DNA from: Epithemia pelagica
Taxonomy: Eukaryota > Protista > Bacillariophyta
Reading direction: 5' to 3'
Length of the DNA stretch: 64,000 bases
NCBI GenBank assembly: GCA_946965045.2
Contig: OX337242.1
Location: 372,001 to 436,000, forward strand
The notes beneath the pieces are model-generated. The model had not been told where the DNA came from. It was given only the letters and a program-made list of their open reading frames with translations, and searched no databases. Below are positions 22,701 to 32,393 of this stretch, piece by piece. A program made the translations under genes and the position numbers. Each line of letters opens with the position of its first letter. The stretch's first letter is position 1.

Positions 22701-23458
22701 TGTCGGCCGAATCCCAACAACAAAACTCCTCCTTGATGATGATTCATCCCAGAACGAACAAAAAGTCCGACACCTACATCCTGGAGGAGCAAGGTTCCGA
22801 TACATCTTCTGGTATCTTGGAAGAAGATGCCATGGCATTCAATGGCAGCATGATGGATAAGGAAACTGAAGCTGAGGAACCATCCGGTCATCATGCATCC
22901 TCAATTATGGGTATCACCAGCAAGCGATCGGAACTGGGTTCCATCCTCTCGGTGGTGGAAGAAGGAGAAGAAACGGTCGAGGAAGAGGCGGATGACGAAG
23001 CAGTACCAGAGACGAAGAACAAACGTGGAGCACGACGAACCCGTCAGCAGCTTCGAAAGGCACAATCCGAAGAAACGGATTTGGACGAGGCTCTTGTGGC
23101 TGTCATTAGTATGGAAGATTTGGAACTGGTGGACAATGATGATGATGAATATGGAGGAGGACGTCCCACAACCATTAGTGATTTCATTTTCACCACGGTA
23201 GAATGCTTTACCTGTGCCGATGAAGTGGAAGACGATGAGGTGGTGGATGATTTCAGTCGCATTACACCCATTGGAAACCACGAATTTGAAGAAGCCATGT
23301 CGAGACAACCTACTCTCAAGGGTCAGCCACCAGCTTCCATATCCGACTTTATGGAACGCCGTCGTCGCCATCGACGCAACAGTTTGGGATCTGCCGATGA
23401 CAGCCGAAGGTTTCCGTTTAGCGTTTCGTCCGGAATCAGCTCTCTCGGGTTCTACTAA
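19778..23458 (+). CDS. Large hypothetical disordered protein (about 1226 aa) with internal VMVEPKQK and DVYEPKTNKE repeats
   Basis: 3.7-kb ORF 19739-23458; first ATG at 19778. Confidence 0.8.
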   Translation: MQEPSAFPFTMMKGAKEFLALPPSSSLAPPLSKASIVAALDALDARMQEATKNTKEKLWPAEPPSQKSNDKTPSSSEPTEPTEPTSSSNQNNNNNSFNLSSYADSNAMATYVTDLLAAAKELTSNETNGQQQEDSPNNMNAQDHLAALSSALHDLLLMEQNKDDSKEDHQEEQQPQDDGQQAALSQQEQQTPQQQANDTLTNALSDLLLLQSPRHASSSITTTGRTTPTSTTSLVPVKRRKKLALRAATSVEKKNKKNTNKEKASTYDDDDKAKQDDRNTKSTSAASLYDSEETAAASHVHNSDLMTAIDQQHPEDEECSYYLAQDVEMVKTNTFESKDQQPSVVLAKEKAIVKASPAFSNRRFPSRRGHNKKKGTSFREPRWSAKKQPKQQQQQQQHVPTAAEAHPLHILQDDGFSVEMITGENEQEAASLILQHQKELDEQSLAVSSKKRSSSNKNNNITKSAEPPVDTMASEAADTSQHSSSFTENVVQNAASAAMTPEECIDPQGQEQLPDEPYNQETEAQVYTEEAEVDTEEAEVEKINDSSGERNDNQSVPPTSSSFPPVVDKMPSFSNGRQTPVLDVVVLPGSDSTDNSTLEYSASKSPRPSNTYQPLVMVEPKQKVMVEPKQKVMVEPKQKMRQRSSLPRRPSMLGSIRGDGGQSRNSSSSNSRRSETGPLPPKKNMRVLKMSIRRAGEEKLVESLNSKRTPFAEESAEDRNSQYVMVFEPQQQSSRKKKVGGGKQLRAEEDNSTKSSDSTNPSSQGSDQGSAASRRLVVLNRRRTRSRRGPFMRSVQPDGKLSGSSHHRLEILSVSPSTNNGNSESSSRRRVVQEKKRPGVTTLGKKDEGAVAVLSSTKSYEVFNVNNKTKKLSNCLVVFEPKNKKDVQEPKTYRDVYEPKTNKEDVYEPRTIKEDVYEPKTNKNVYGPMTNKEEAFESSPHINNGRSQRMRRMEYANDLSIGSSTTANATTGTRMSAESQQQNSSLMMIHPRTNKKSDTYILEEQGSDTSSGILEEDAMAFNGSMMDKETEAEEPSGHHASSIMGITSKRSELGSILSVVEEGEETVEEEADDEAVPETKNKRGARRTRQQLRKAQSEETDLDEALVAVISMEDLELVDNDDDEYGGGRPTTISDFIFTTVECFTCADEVEDDEVVDDFSRITPIGNHEFEEAMSRQPTLKGQPPASISDFMERRRRHRRNSLGSADDSRRFPFSVSSGISSLGFY
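21623..21694 (+). repeat. Perfect 24-bp coding tandem repeat x3 (VMVEPKQK)
   Basis: gtcatggtggaacccaagcaaaag occurs three times in succession. Confidence 0.95.
22430..22580 (+). repeat. Imperfect 27-30-bp coding tandem repeat, about 5 copies (DVYEPKTxKE)
   Basis: Repeated gatgt(a/c)tatgaaccca(a/g)aacc units. Confidence 0.8.
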
Positions 23459-23737
23459 TATAGTAAGCAAACTCATTATGTGCTCTCACCAATGTGCAAC
23501 GAGATTGCTCCAAGTGAACCGTTTGGTGGTGTAAACACTTTTTAACAAAGATACTAAAATATGTTGTCCTGTTAGTACTCCTTCATTGTTTTTTTTTCCT
23601 TGTTCAATGTCGTGAATGGTTTGTACAAAGAGGTGATTAATTGACAAAGGACTTGTTGAGTCACGCAATTTGATCGTAACCTCCTTTCTTCCCCGGAGTA
23701 GTACCTTGCAGTGCTGTGTTTGTCTTTGTTGATAGTA

Positions 23738-26095
23738 TTACATGATTTGTTTGGGATATTGGGCCAGTCGTAAGTGGAAGCGGCCATTAAAGAGTTGGGC
23801 GCCTTGTTTTTCTCGCACGGCGGCGCGGGCCCAGGCGGGCGAGGCAAAATGCACCAAAAAGGTGGATGTGGTGGGCGGCAGGGGTGGATTGTGCACCGGG
23901 GGTGCCTGTGGATTGGTACCCCCCTGCAAGTGCGTTTGTTGGTCCGCCACGTGGGGGGTCCAGGGCACGATGCATCCATAGTCGTCGCGAGACGATGGCA
24001 CAAAGGCCCGAGGCGGACGCGGTGTCCAACCCGTCTCCTCTGTTGTGGTTGTGGTGGTTGGGTCGTCGTTGTCGTCGTCGTTGAGATGCGCGTCGTCGTC
24101 TCGCCCGTCCCAATGCTCGGGCGTAGGAGTGGTAGGAGATTCTAGGATGCGGGTGGGAACAATGCCTCGGTGTTTTAATTCGGCTTGGGTGGCCAAATCA
24201 AAGCGCGAAAAGGTTTTGAGCAAGGAATCAATGGTAATGGAAGCCGGGCAATCTTCCAATCGAACCGTGGCATCCGTCACCAAGACACCCGTGGGTGGCC
24301 TATAGTCCTCATTTGTGTTGTGATTGTCGTCCTGATTTGTTGGCGGCGGCGACGAAACAACCACACCACTCATGGATGAGTCTGTCCTAGTATGGTTGTT
24401 GCTATTGGTAGAACTGGATGGCGGGGCCCCAGCATCATTGCCAGCATGATGCGCCAGGAGGGTGACGGGTTTCCAGGCACAATAAATGGCGTGTTGTTGG
24501 GCATACCGCAACAAGGCGTAGGCGACACTGCGATGGCGCACTTGGATCAACCATCCCCGTGGCCGTCCGTACAAGGACAAGCGCAATTTGGCCGTTTGAA
24601 TCCACCGCGTTGGTCGACCAAAGACGAGGGAGGACGAGGACGACGAATTCTGCAATTCGTCTTCTTGTTCTTCTTGGTGGTGTGGTGCTTCCGGAACGAC
24701 GGCTTGCACGTCGGACCAATCGGAAAAGGTGGGCAGATGCGGCTGCCCCGTTTGGGAATCCCACGATTGAATAGGAGCTTCCAAATTCCAAATGCCACCC
24801 TCGGCTTCCCAAATGGCATCGAGGGCCTCTTCCAGTCCTTGGACCATGGCCTCCAAGGAGGAGAGGGGTGGAATATTGTCAAGTTCCATCCAATTGGTTG
24901 TGGGAACGGGCACGAGCAAAGAAGCAGCCGAAGCAGCAGCAGTGCCATTTTTGTGGGTGGGACGGTGCCGGCGTTGCCATTCGTATTGTTGCGTCAAATA
25001 GTCGGCCACTGTAAGAATCGTTTGGGGTCCATCCTCATGATTGGTCCTAATACCAGCAGCCGCAGTAGGGGAGCAGGCAGAGGGAGGACGCAAGGTGGAG
25101 GTTTCCTTCCAGGGCAAGGGTGCGGCCATATTTTGGAGAGGAGTTTGATCGGGCGGACCGCCCGTAGACCCTGGTGGTGATTGTGGCGGTGGAGACCAAG
25201 ACGAGGGTACTGGTTTGTGGTTGCTCTTCTTGTTGTTCCATGGCAAGGGCATGGCAAAGGGAGACGACGACGACAAGGACGGCGAGGCGGCTGGAGTTTG
25301 TCGTGGTGATGGTGGTGGTGGTGCCATGATGCGTGACGGTCCCGGGTGGTGGGGAACCATTCTTGCCGGAGGATGATGACGGTGGTGGACCAGTGGTGGA
25401 ACAAGAGGGGGAGCAGACGCCATGGGACGATGACGAGAAGAATACGGAGACTGGGACGCACGAGTGTTAGTGCTTTGGTGGTGGTGGTTGGTTCGGGGTG
25501 CTGCACGAATGGGCCAGACCCGAGACGATGCTCTGGGTTGTCGTGGTGGTGGTGACGACGACGACGACGAAGAAGAAGAAGAATCATTGGTCTTGGGTGT
25601 CTCTGCCGACACTGGCAACGATAGGTTGTCCGTAGTTGTATCAGTGGCTTGTGCTGCAGTTTGTGCCTCTGGCATGGAATGGTCCACCGGGTCCATATTG
25701 TTGTTGGTCTCGTTGTCGTTATTGCTCTTATTGTCGTTGTCGTTGAAAAGTGTTGGTGGTTTCAAAGAATCGGAACCATTGGTTAGGAATCGACAGGGAC
25801 TCACAGCAACAGCACCACCACAAGACGACGACAACGACAAGGATGGAGTCGTGGTCCGATTCGTACTAGTAGTCTTTGGATGACTCTGTCGCAACAGCAA
25901 CATTCGTGGAGTGGCCGAGTGAAGCGTGGATGTGGCAATCCCTTGTTGTCGTCGTCGTTGTCGTGAACCAATCGTCGTCGTCATCGTCATCGTTCGTAGT
26001 CGTTGTTGGGTGGCTGTGGCAAGCCCCGCACCCAGCATGGTCCTGGTCGTCGTTCTCCTGGTTCGGGTCGTCCTTGTCGTCGCTAGTGTGATCAT
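23738..26095 (-). CDS. Putative organellar RNA-binding protein with two degenerate RRM/qRRM-like domains and an R/T/S-rich mitochondrial-type presequence (785 aa)
   Basis: LDNIPP...GRPRGWLIQVRHRSVAYAL and VRLEDCPASIT...FLVHFASPAWARAAVREKQG resemble RNP2/RNP1 elements; the N-terminus is Arg-rich and lacks acidic residues. Confidence 0.55.
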   Translation of the reverse strand: MITLATTRTTRTRRTTTRTMLGAGLATATQQRLRTMTMTTTIGSRQRRRQQGIATSTLHSATPRMLLLRQSHPKTTSTNRTTTPSLSLSSSCGGAVAVSPCRFLTNGSDSLKPPTLFNDNDNKSNNDNETNNNMDPVDHSMPEAQTAAQATDTTTDNLSLPVSAETPKTNDSSSSSSSSSSPPPRQPRASSRVWPIRAAPRTNHHHQSTNTRASQSPYSSRHRPMASAPPLVPPLVHHRHHPPARMVPHHPGPSRIMAPPPPSPRQTPAASPSLSSSSPFAMPLPWNNKKSNHKPVPSSWSPPPQSPPGSTGGPPDQTPLQNMAAPLPWKETSTLRPPSACSPTAAAGIRTNHEDGPQTILTVADYLTQQYEWQRRHRPTHKNGTAAASAASLLVPVPTTNWMELDNIPPLSSLEAMVQGLEEALDAIWEAEGGIWNLEAPIQSWDSQTGQPHLPTFSDWSDVQAVVPEAPHHQEEQEDELQNSSSSSSLVFGRPTRWIQTAKLRLSLYGRPRGWLIQVRHRSVAYALLRYAQQHAIYCAWKPVTLLAHHAGNDAGAPPSSSTNSNNHTRTDSSMSGVVVSSPPPTNQDDNHNTNEDYRPPTGVLVTDATVRLEDCPASITIDSLLKTFSRFDLATQAELKHRGIVPTRILESPTTPTPEHWDGRDDDAHLNDDDNDDPTTTTTTEETGWTPRPPRAFVPSSRDDYGCIVPWTPHVADQQTHLQGGTNPQAPPVHNPPLPPTTSTFLVHFASPAWARAAVREKQGAQLFNGRFHLRLAQYPKQIM

Positions 26096-27480
26096 GACGT
26101 TTGTGCAAGTGTGTCAATAGGACTAGAGTATATGTAGTTGCTGTGTGGTGGTTGCTGTGGATTCCACTCGGACCAGAATCCAACCCACCACAAGGACACA
26201 GTGTGCACGGATCGATTCTTGGAACACATCGACATCTGCTGCCACAAGATACCATTCGAGATCTTTCTCTAATACAACCGAGCGTGCTATATCTACCTGA
26301 ATGGATCGAGAGTGGAATCAATATATTTACCTTGACCACGAATGGTACTCCCCCCTCTCATGCATCCCGCTTGGATGTACATTCCTCCACACGCACCCGC
26401 TCCGGACCATGGCAAGACGACAGATACAGGTCTATCTCTCTCCTCGAGGTCCTCTATCATCATCTACCAACTCTGATACTGTAGTAGAGAGAGAAACGGG
26501 AGGAACCCCAATCTCCCTCTAGAAACACCATCCACCAACATTGCTGTGTGAGAGAAGAGAACGAAACGACAGGTCCTCCTCCGACTGCGACTTTGGGGTA
26601 TACAGGCACACCGGAGAGAGAGAGAGAGACATATATGTTGCTGCAGCAGACTCGCCAGGCAGTGTCCATTCGACTACCATAGACTGTGACGAACTCGAAA
26701 GGTCTTTTTTGGTCAAGCCCCAACAACAACCGAGACTCTTTTCCCTTGGTGGGCAAGGAACCAAAACCAGATATACACACGACGGTCCTGGATAGATACT
26801 ATCTACTACGCAACCTCTCCTCTCTACTAGAATTACAATAGTGCAGGAGTTTGTGTAGAATAGCATCATCTCCCCTCCTCTCCATGATGTTGTTGTCCCC
26901 ATCCGGCATGTCGTCCAGTGATGATCCCCCTTCTATGGGACCCGCCGTAACTTTTTGCGTCAGCAGCAAGTTGCCGATCTTCGGACCTACAATATCGATG
27001 CACTTGGAGGTTGCGGGTGTCGTCGTGACCCATCTATATGGCTACCCATCTAGCTACTCCTAGCTACTATATTAAAGAGTCCCCCAAGACCGGAACAAGG
27101 TGTTGTGTCGAGTACGGTAACCTTACTTCGTAAGCTAGCGATTCTCCCTATATATCATCGGTGAACTGCCGTTTCACCACTAGATATAGACTCGCACTCA
27201 TAACCTAAACACGAGCAGCGATGATTCATACTCCTAACAAGAGCCAATTTCCTCTAGTCTACACACACCTCTCGTCACCACGACAAAGTCTCGTTGCAAA
27301 ATGGTGGGTAATGGGATTTCTCGGGAGGAAATGGGATTTCTCGGGAGGATGGACTTGTGGCAGTGTTGAAACACACAAGCTTTTGTATGGAACACGGGTA
27401 CACTCGACCAATCGTACCAGCAATCCTGGACAAGGTTATTCTTGTGCATCCCGCTGGATGAGGAGGGAGCGTGGTCGGTT

Positions 27481-27815
27481 CCACCCAGCATGGTCCTCGT
27501 CGTTCTCCTGGTCTTGGTCGTCGTTGCTATTATTTTTCTCATGGCATTTGTGTCTGTGTAAAAAGTAATGTGTAGTTGTTGGGTGGTGGTTGTGGATTCC
27601 ACACTCGGCACCGCCACAAGAACAACCCACTTCCGAAGGATACCGAGATCTTTCGACGTTCGATTACACCCAGGCGTGTTGTTTCTACAAGAAAGGATGG
27701 AGAGTTCAAGCAAAAAATATAGTTGGACAACGATTGTTACTCCCCACGTCATACTGTACGCTTGGATGTACGATCCGTTCCGGATCGACCCTCTCTCCGG
27801 ACCATGGCAAGACGA
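27481..27815 (-). repeat. Diverged direct duplicate of 26031-26420 (upstream region plus first codons of the RRM-like gene)
   Basis: Shared blocks cccagcatggtcct.gtcgt, tggattccac, cgagatcttt, cgcttggatgtac and ctccggaccatggcaagacga occur in the same order; the peptide TTKTRRTTRTMLG matches TTRTRRTTTRTMLG. Confidence 0.85.
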
Positions 27816-27941
27816 GGTAAGGAAAACTGCGGGAACTATGCCGCATGTCTACTCTGCATCTCTAATGGAGGCGCTCATATGATCTACTCGTAGGTATGTC
27901 CGCTGACGCGGATTTAGAAGGCGGTCCACTTCTCGGAGCTA

Positions 27942-29756
27942 TTGCCCTTCTCGGAGTCAATAGCCCCTCCTCGTGCCTCCCCACTCCGCCGAGCGGATGT
28001 AGAATTACCACCACGTCATCCATTCGTTCCTCCTCCTCATCCTCCAAGCAGCCGCAGCCCCAGTCATCATCATCATCATCAGCAGCAGCAGCTTCACAAG
28101 GAGCATTCGAAGCAGCACCCCAGGATGCTCCATGCTCGTCCTCCTGTGCATCCGCAGCAAGTCGTCCTCTTCCGCCCGCTGTGCCTCCAAGCACTAGTAC
28201 TTCCAACATGCCTACAAACAACAACAACAACAACCACAACAAGACGGACCGAAGGTCTCTGTTCATCTCTCAAAATTCGACGGATCGATTCGTCATGCGA
28301 GATTTGGTATTCTGGTCCCGACAAGCCTCGATTTTTGACCTATGACAGTCATACCACCAAGAGTTGGGGCGGTGGTGGCGGTGAGGAGGATACGGGTCTA
28401 TCCTTCTATGATGCTTGGTCCCATGCGGCGGCGTCCGAAGCTCCCATCAAGTCTCTGTACTGCGATGATGATGATGACCAGGACGACGACCCAGAACAAG
28501 TAAATGACGAGGAAGATCTTACATTTGGGGAGGATTGTGCAAGCGGAGTTCTGGGGCTTCCCCATTCCTCCTCTCCGAAGCATGAGGAGTATTACCGTCC
28601 TGACTATGTGCACTGGTCTCAGAAAAGTGACAGATCCTTGTTTGAACAGGGACCGGACAAGCCATCCTCTCCAGCAAGCCGTTCCGATAGTCGTCAACGC
28701 GTGTCGGGCCTTTCCTCTTCGTTTTCGTCGTCGTCGTCTTCCTTTTCTTTTTTGTATGATGAAGACTCGTTGGGGGATGATTCCTCCTCATCCACTAATA
28801 CCAGTACGACAATGGAGGACTTAATGAGAACCACCACCACAACGACACCAACAGCACCAGCTCGTTTCAGTCCAGAAGGTGCTGTCGTTGCTGGTAGTTT
28901 GTCGCCCTCCTCTTCTGTGCCTATTGAGGCATCACGATCCTTGTACCATGACGATAGCAGTGAAAGCAGCAGTGAGGAAATCGAAAACGTGGTGGGCGAG
29001 AAAGAGGAGCAAAAACACCAGCAACAAGACCACGAGGTGAACGAGAACCCATCCGTACTACTACCAAAGGAACAGCACCATGGATCAGAGGATGAGGACG
29101 AGGACGATCCGTGTTATTCCCACAGCTATGGTACCAACCAACAGCAACACCGACTGCTATATACAAAACAATTGTCGGTTTCGTCCTTGGTATTGGGTCA
29201 ACAACGACATCATCATCATCATCAACGGATGAGTCGACCACGTAGTGCTCGCCGACACTCTGCTACCTCATTTGATCGTCATAGACTGCAATCTTCTCGT
29301 AAGCTCTTGGGACCGCAACACGAAGAAGATGAAGAGGAGGAAGAAGAAGTGGACGATGCAAGGATTGAAGAAGAAATGGACCTTGATGGAACACGGCCAG
29401 TAAGCAGTGGACTTTCAACGTCATCGTCGTCCTCTTCCTTGGTGTCCCCAACTTTCAGCAAAAGCAAACTAGACCATTGCATTCGCTCAACCGCTGCTTC
29501 AAGCTCAGATATGAAACGGATACAAAGCGACGCACTCAAATCATCCTTCCTGTCGCGTTCTTCACCGAGCAACAACAACAACAACAAGAATCACCACACA
29601 GACCTTTTGCCAGTTCTTGACATGGATCTAGATCCTCACGCTTCATCCACACATCATTATACCCATGTGGGGGAACCATCGTCCTCTCACCAAGACACTG
29701 TCCAGACGAGGCTTCACATGATTCCCCTGTCGCCCTGTTCAACCGTCGTGTCCTAG
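27942..29756 (+). CDS. Hypothetical S/D/H/Q-rich disordered protein (up to 604 aa); true start unresolved
   Basis: Long ORF; its TTG start falls inside a dispersed repeat, so the N-terminus is doubtful. Confidence 0.65.
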   Translation: MPFSESIAPPRASPLRRADVELPPRHPFVPPPHPPSSRSPSHHHHHQQQQLHKEHSKQHPRMLHARPPVHPQQVVLFRPLCLQALVLPTCLQTTTTTTTTRRTEGLCSSLKIRRIDSSCEIWYSGPDKPRFLTYDSHTTKSWGGGGGEEDTGLSFYDAWSHAAASEAPIKSLYCDDDDDQDDDPEQVNDEEDLTFGEDCASGVLGLPHSSSPKHEEYYRPDYVHWSQKSDRSLFEQGPDKPSSPASRSDSRQRVSGLSSSFSSSSSSFSFLYDEDSLGDDSSSSTNTSTTMEDLMRTTTTTTPTAPARFSPEGAVVAGSLSPSSSVPIEASRSLYHDDSSESSSEEIENVVGEKEEQKHQQQDHEVNENPSVLLPKEQHHGSEDEDEDDPCYSHSYGTNQQQHRLLYTKQLSVSSLVLGQQRHHHHHQRMSRPRSARRHSATSFDRHRLQSSRKLLGPQHEEDEEEEEEVDDARIEEEMDLDGTRPVSSGLSTSSSSSSLVSPTFSKSKLDHCIRSTAASSSDMKRIQSDALKSSFLSRSSPSNNNNNKNHHTDLLPVLDMDLDPHASSTHHYTHVGEPSSSHQDTVQTRLHMIPLSPCSTVVS

Positions 29757-30259
29757 CGACCTTTTGGACGCTTTCCTGGAAAACAGAGAAGTAGGATAGT
29801 CCCATGATGCAAAGCTGAATCGTTCGACAAGGATTTCTTATCCAAAACACTCCATAATGCCTGTATCAATGGCTTGTCTCTATCATTGCAAGTTGAGTTT
29901 GAATCCATGCTATGGACTCCTTCCGCACGGCCCATCCACCAGAATCTGCTGAAATGCAATGATATATGGTTGATTGCCTCTCATATGGTCATGGGAATTG
30001 GTGAGATGTCGCGATCGCCGCGACTGGACTGTGCTTCATCGACTCGAGACTGATGAGTTTTGCTCCGAAAAGCCAGGTCGGATCACATGCCAAAGATGCT
30101 GGATGTTCATCTGTGAATGCTAGACTATGGTAGTGTTCGTCTTTTGTTGGTAAAAACGCTACTTAAATCCTCATTAGACGAAACGTGCATTCATCTTGCG
30201 GAGAGAAAGTAGGTTCACCTGATTTACAGGCGGCACCAAGACGAGACGTACAATACACG

Positions 30260-31531
30260 CTATGTTGCGCAATGAAATTGAAAAGGTGGAAAGGGCGATT
30301 GTTCCATGGGCGGACCCGAACTGGCATTCAAGAGTTTGTAAAATTCTTGATTGTAGGGTTCAAAAATATCAAACCATTTCTGCTGCAGTTCACAAGATGG
30401 CATGTCTTGGTCCACGGCATGTCTGTAGTTTGACTGGGGTACCACCTTACGATTGGGACTGTTTTCAGTGCTTTCTTTTGATGGTGGTGGTGGTGGTGGT
30501 TGCTGCAGAAAGGCATGCAATCGTTCCACAAATCTCTGTGGATTCGTCTTCAATTCGTCGTAACTGAGCAACAAAATTTGTTGGGATCGATCAAAGTGGA
30601 GAAACCATTCCTTTACCCAGCGCGCATAAACACTATAAAAGCGATTGTCTCCCTTTCCATTGGTCAAGGTGGGCACGATCGTTTGGTCCATGCGTTCTTC
30701 AAAGGTGACGAGGGAAGAAGTGTTGGTTGTCCCATTGTTGGAATCTCTGGTGTCAAGCTTGGTTCGCTGAATGGCCCGGGCAATTTTGGGGACTTTGCCG
30801 GTTGGATTGGTTTTTTGAGAGTGTTCCAAATGATGGTACCAGGACAATTCTCGTGCCACTGGCTCGCGCAAAATAATAATGACTTTGATGGAGCGGAATT
30901 GTTCTGGTGTGGCATGAGTTTTATAAAACTGAGCAATGCGAGCGGCACGAGAAAAGGAAGCTGGTGTGGCATCCATCCTGAGAGGGGTAAATTCCGGTGT
31001 TGGTGATTGTGGTTGACAGTTTTCGTAGAGACTGGAATAATAAGAGACGCCTTTACGAAAGGTACCACCATCAAAGAAATGCGGTTCCTTGTCTTGATAG
31101 TCTCTCATACCAGGAAGTATACGTGCAATACACAAGGGATGATTGGGAGTAGGAGTGGACGTTGTTTTGCTTCCAAACGTTTGTCTCAGATAGTCGAAAA
31201 CGGCTGTGGTACCTGACTTTTGCACCCCCGCCAGAAATACATTGGGAAGAATAAACTCCGGAGTTGTTGTCTTATTCGTTCTGGTGTCATACGAATCAGA
31301 AACTATAGCGTTATCTTGGTTCTTGTTTGTTGGATGTGTCTTATTGTTCATATTGTTTGTTATGGTGTTTATACGATGAATTGTGCCATGTTTGTTGTTC
31401 TTGTTGTTCCCCTTTTGGAAAAGCACCCATTCATCTTGCATCATCATCAATAGGGCAACCATGGCACATCCCAGGACGACCCACATCCATACGGATCGCA
31501 TCGAAAGTGAGGGTCGTGAAGCCTCATTCAT
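30260..31531 (-). CDS. Golgi-type sulfotransferase, heparan sulfate 3-O-sulfotransferase-like (423 aa)
   Basis: 5'-PSB loop LPNVFLAGVQKSGTT, KEPHFF, 3'-PB motif IILREPVARELSWY, and an N-terminal signal anchor VWMWVVLGCAMVALLMMM. Confidence 0.9.
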   Translation of the reverse strand: MNEASRPSLSMRSVWMWVVLGCAMVALLMMMQDEWVLFQKGNNKNNKHGTIHRINTITNNMNNKTHPTNKNQDNAIVSDSYDTRTNKTTTPEFILPNVFLAGVQKSGTTAVFDYLRQTFGSKTTSTPTPNHPLCIARILPGMRDYQDKEPHFFDGGTFRKGVSYYSSLYENCQPQSPTPEFTPLRMDATPASFSRAARIAQFYKTHATPEQFRSIKVIIILREPVARELSWYHHLEHSQKTNPTGKVPKIARAIQRTKLDTRDSNNGTTNTSSLVTFEERMDQTIVPTLTNGKGDNRFYSVYARWVKEWFLHFDRSQQILLLSYDELKTNPQRFVERLHAFLQQPPPPPPSKESTENSPNRKVVPQSNYRHAVDQDMPSCELQQKWFDIFEPYNQEFYKLLNASSGPPMEQSPFPPFQFHCAT

Positions 31532-32393
31532 CGTTTGCTTGACAACTTACAACAACCTTGGGCTGCGAAAGATAGAGGGTTGGGCCGAATCAAGAGATAA
31601 AAAATAAAAGAAGCCATACCAACTACCAGTAAGGTTACTGCGTTCAATGACCGAGCACTTATTATAGGAGACTATGGGGGTTTGGGGGGGGGGAGACTCG
31701 GGGGAGATTGGGGGATGAATCTAGCGAGGTGTCAATAAATACTCCTAGCAAACATAGCGTGTCCTCTATCTCTAGAGCAAAAAAACCAGGATCGAGAATG
31801 GGAGGGCGCGGATTGAGTTCATAGCAATGACACCATCTTTTCGTCGATGCCTGCGAACAGGCCAATTGGATGCACGGTGGGTTGATGACTAGGTAGCATC
31901 TCAAGGGCTAACCTCATTCATTGGCATACACTGTACGATAAGAGAACGACATTGGACCTCTTGTCGTCGAAAGGAGGGCTGATGGAAATTCATCCGACAC
32001 GGCATCGATGAAACATTCCGCCTGGTTCAAGAGGGATGACAGAAAACCCAACCGCAGGAAGTCAATAAGGCGCGTGACAATAACAGGAGCTAAGCAAGCA
32101 CCGACTGTAGTATGAAACTCGGCGCGTTGCATCATAGAGTTACTTTTATGTCCTATCATACTTCTCTGTTGCATGCAATGTAATCGTTAAACAAATAATA
32201 ATGCAATGTGGTGTTAGGATTTCCAATAATACTTGCTCTCATCTGAAATATTGTTCCAGTAATACAACTCAAAGGGCACCAAAGCCTTTGAATCTTGTTT
32301 TCCAGTTACCGTGGGAGTGCGTTCGAGGCACTGTCGTTTCGGAAGTGAGAGAGACAGACGTAGATGGATGCCATCACCATGGTGTCTGTTTCT

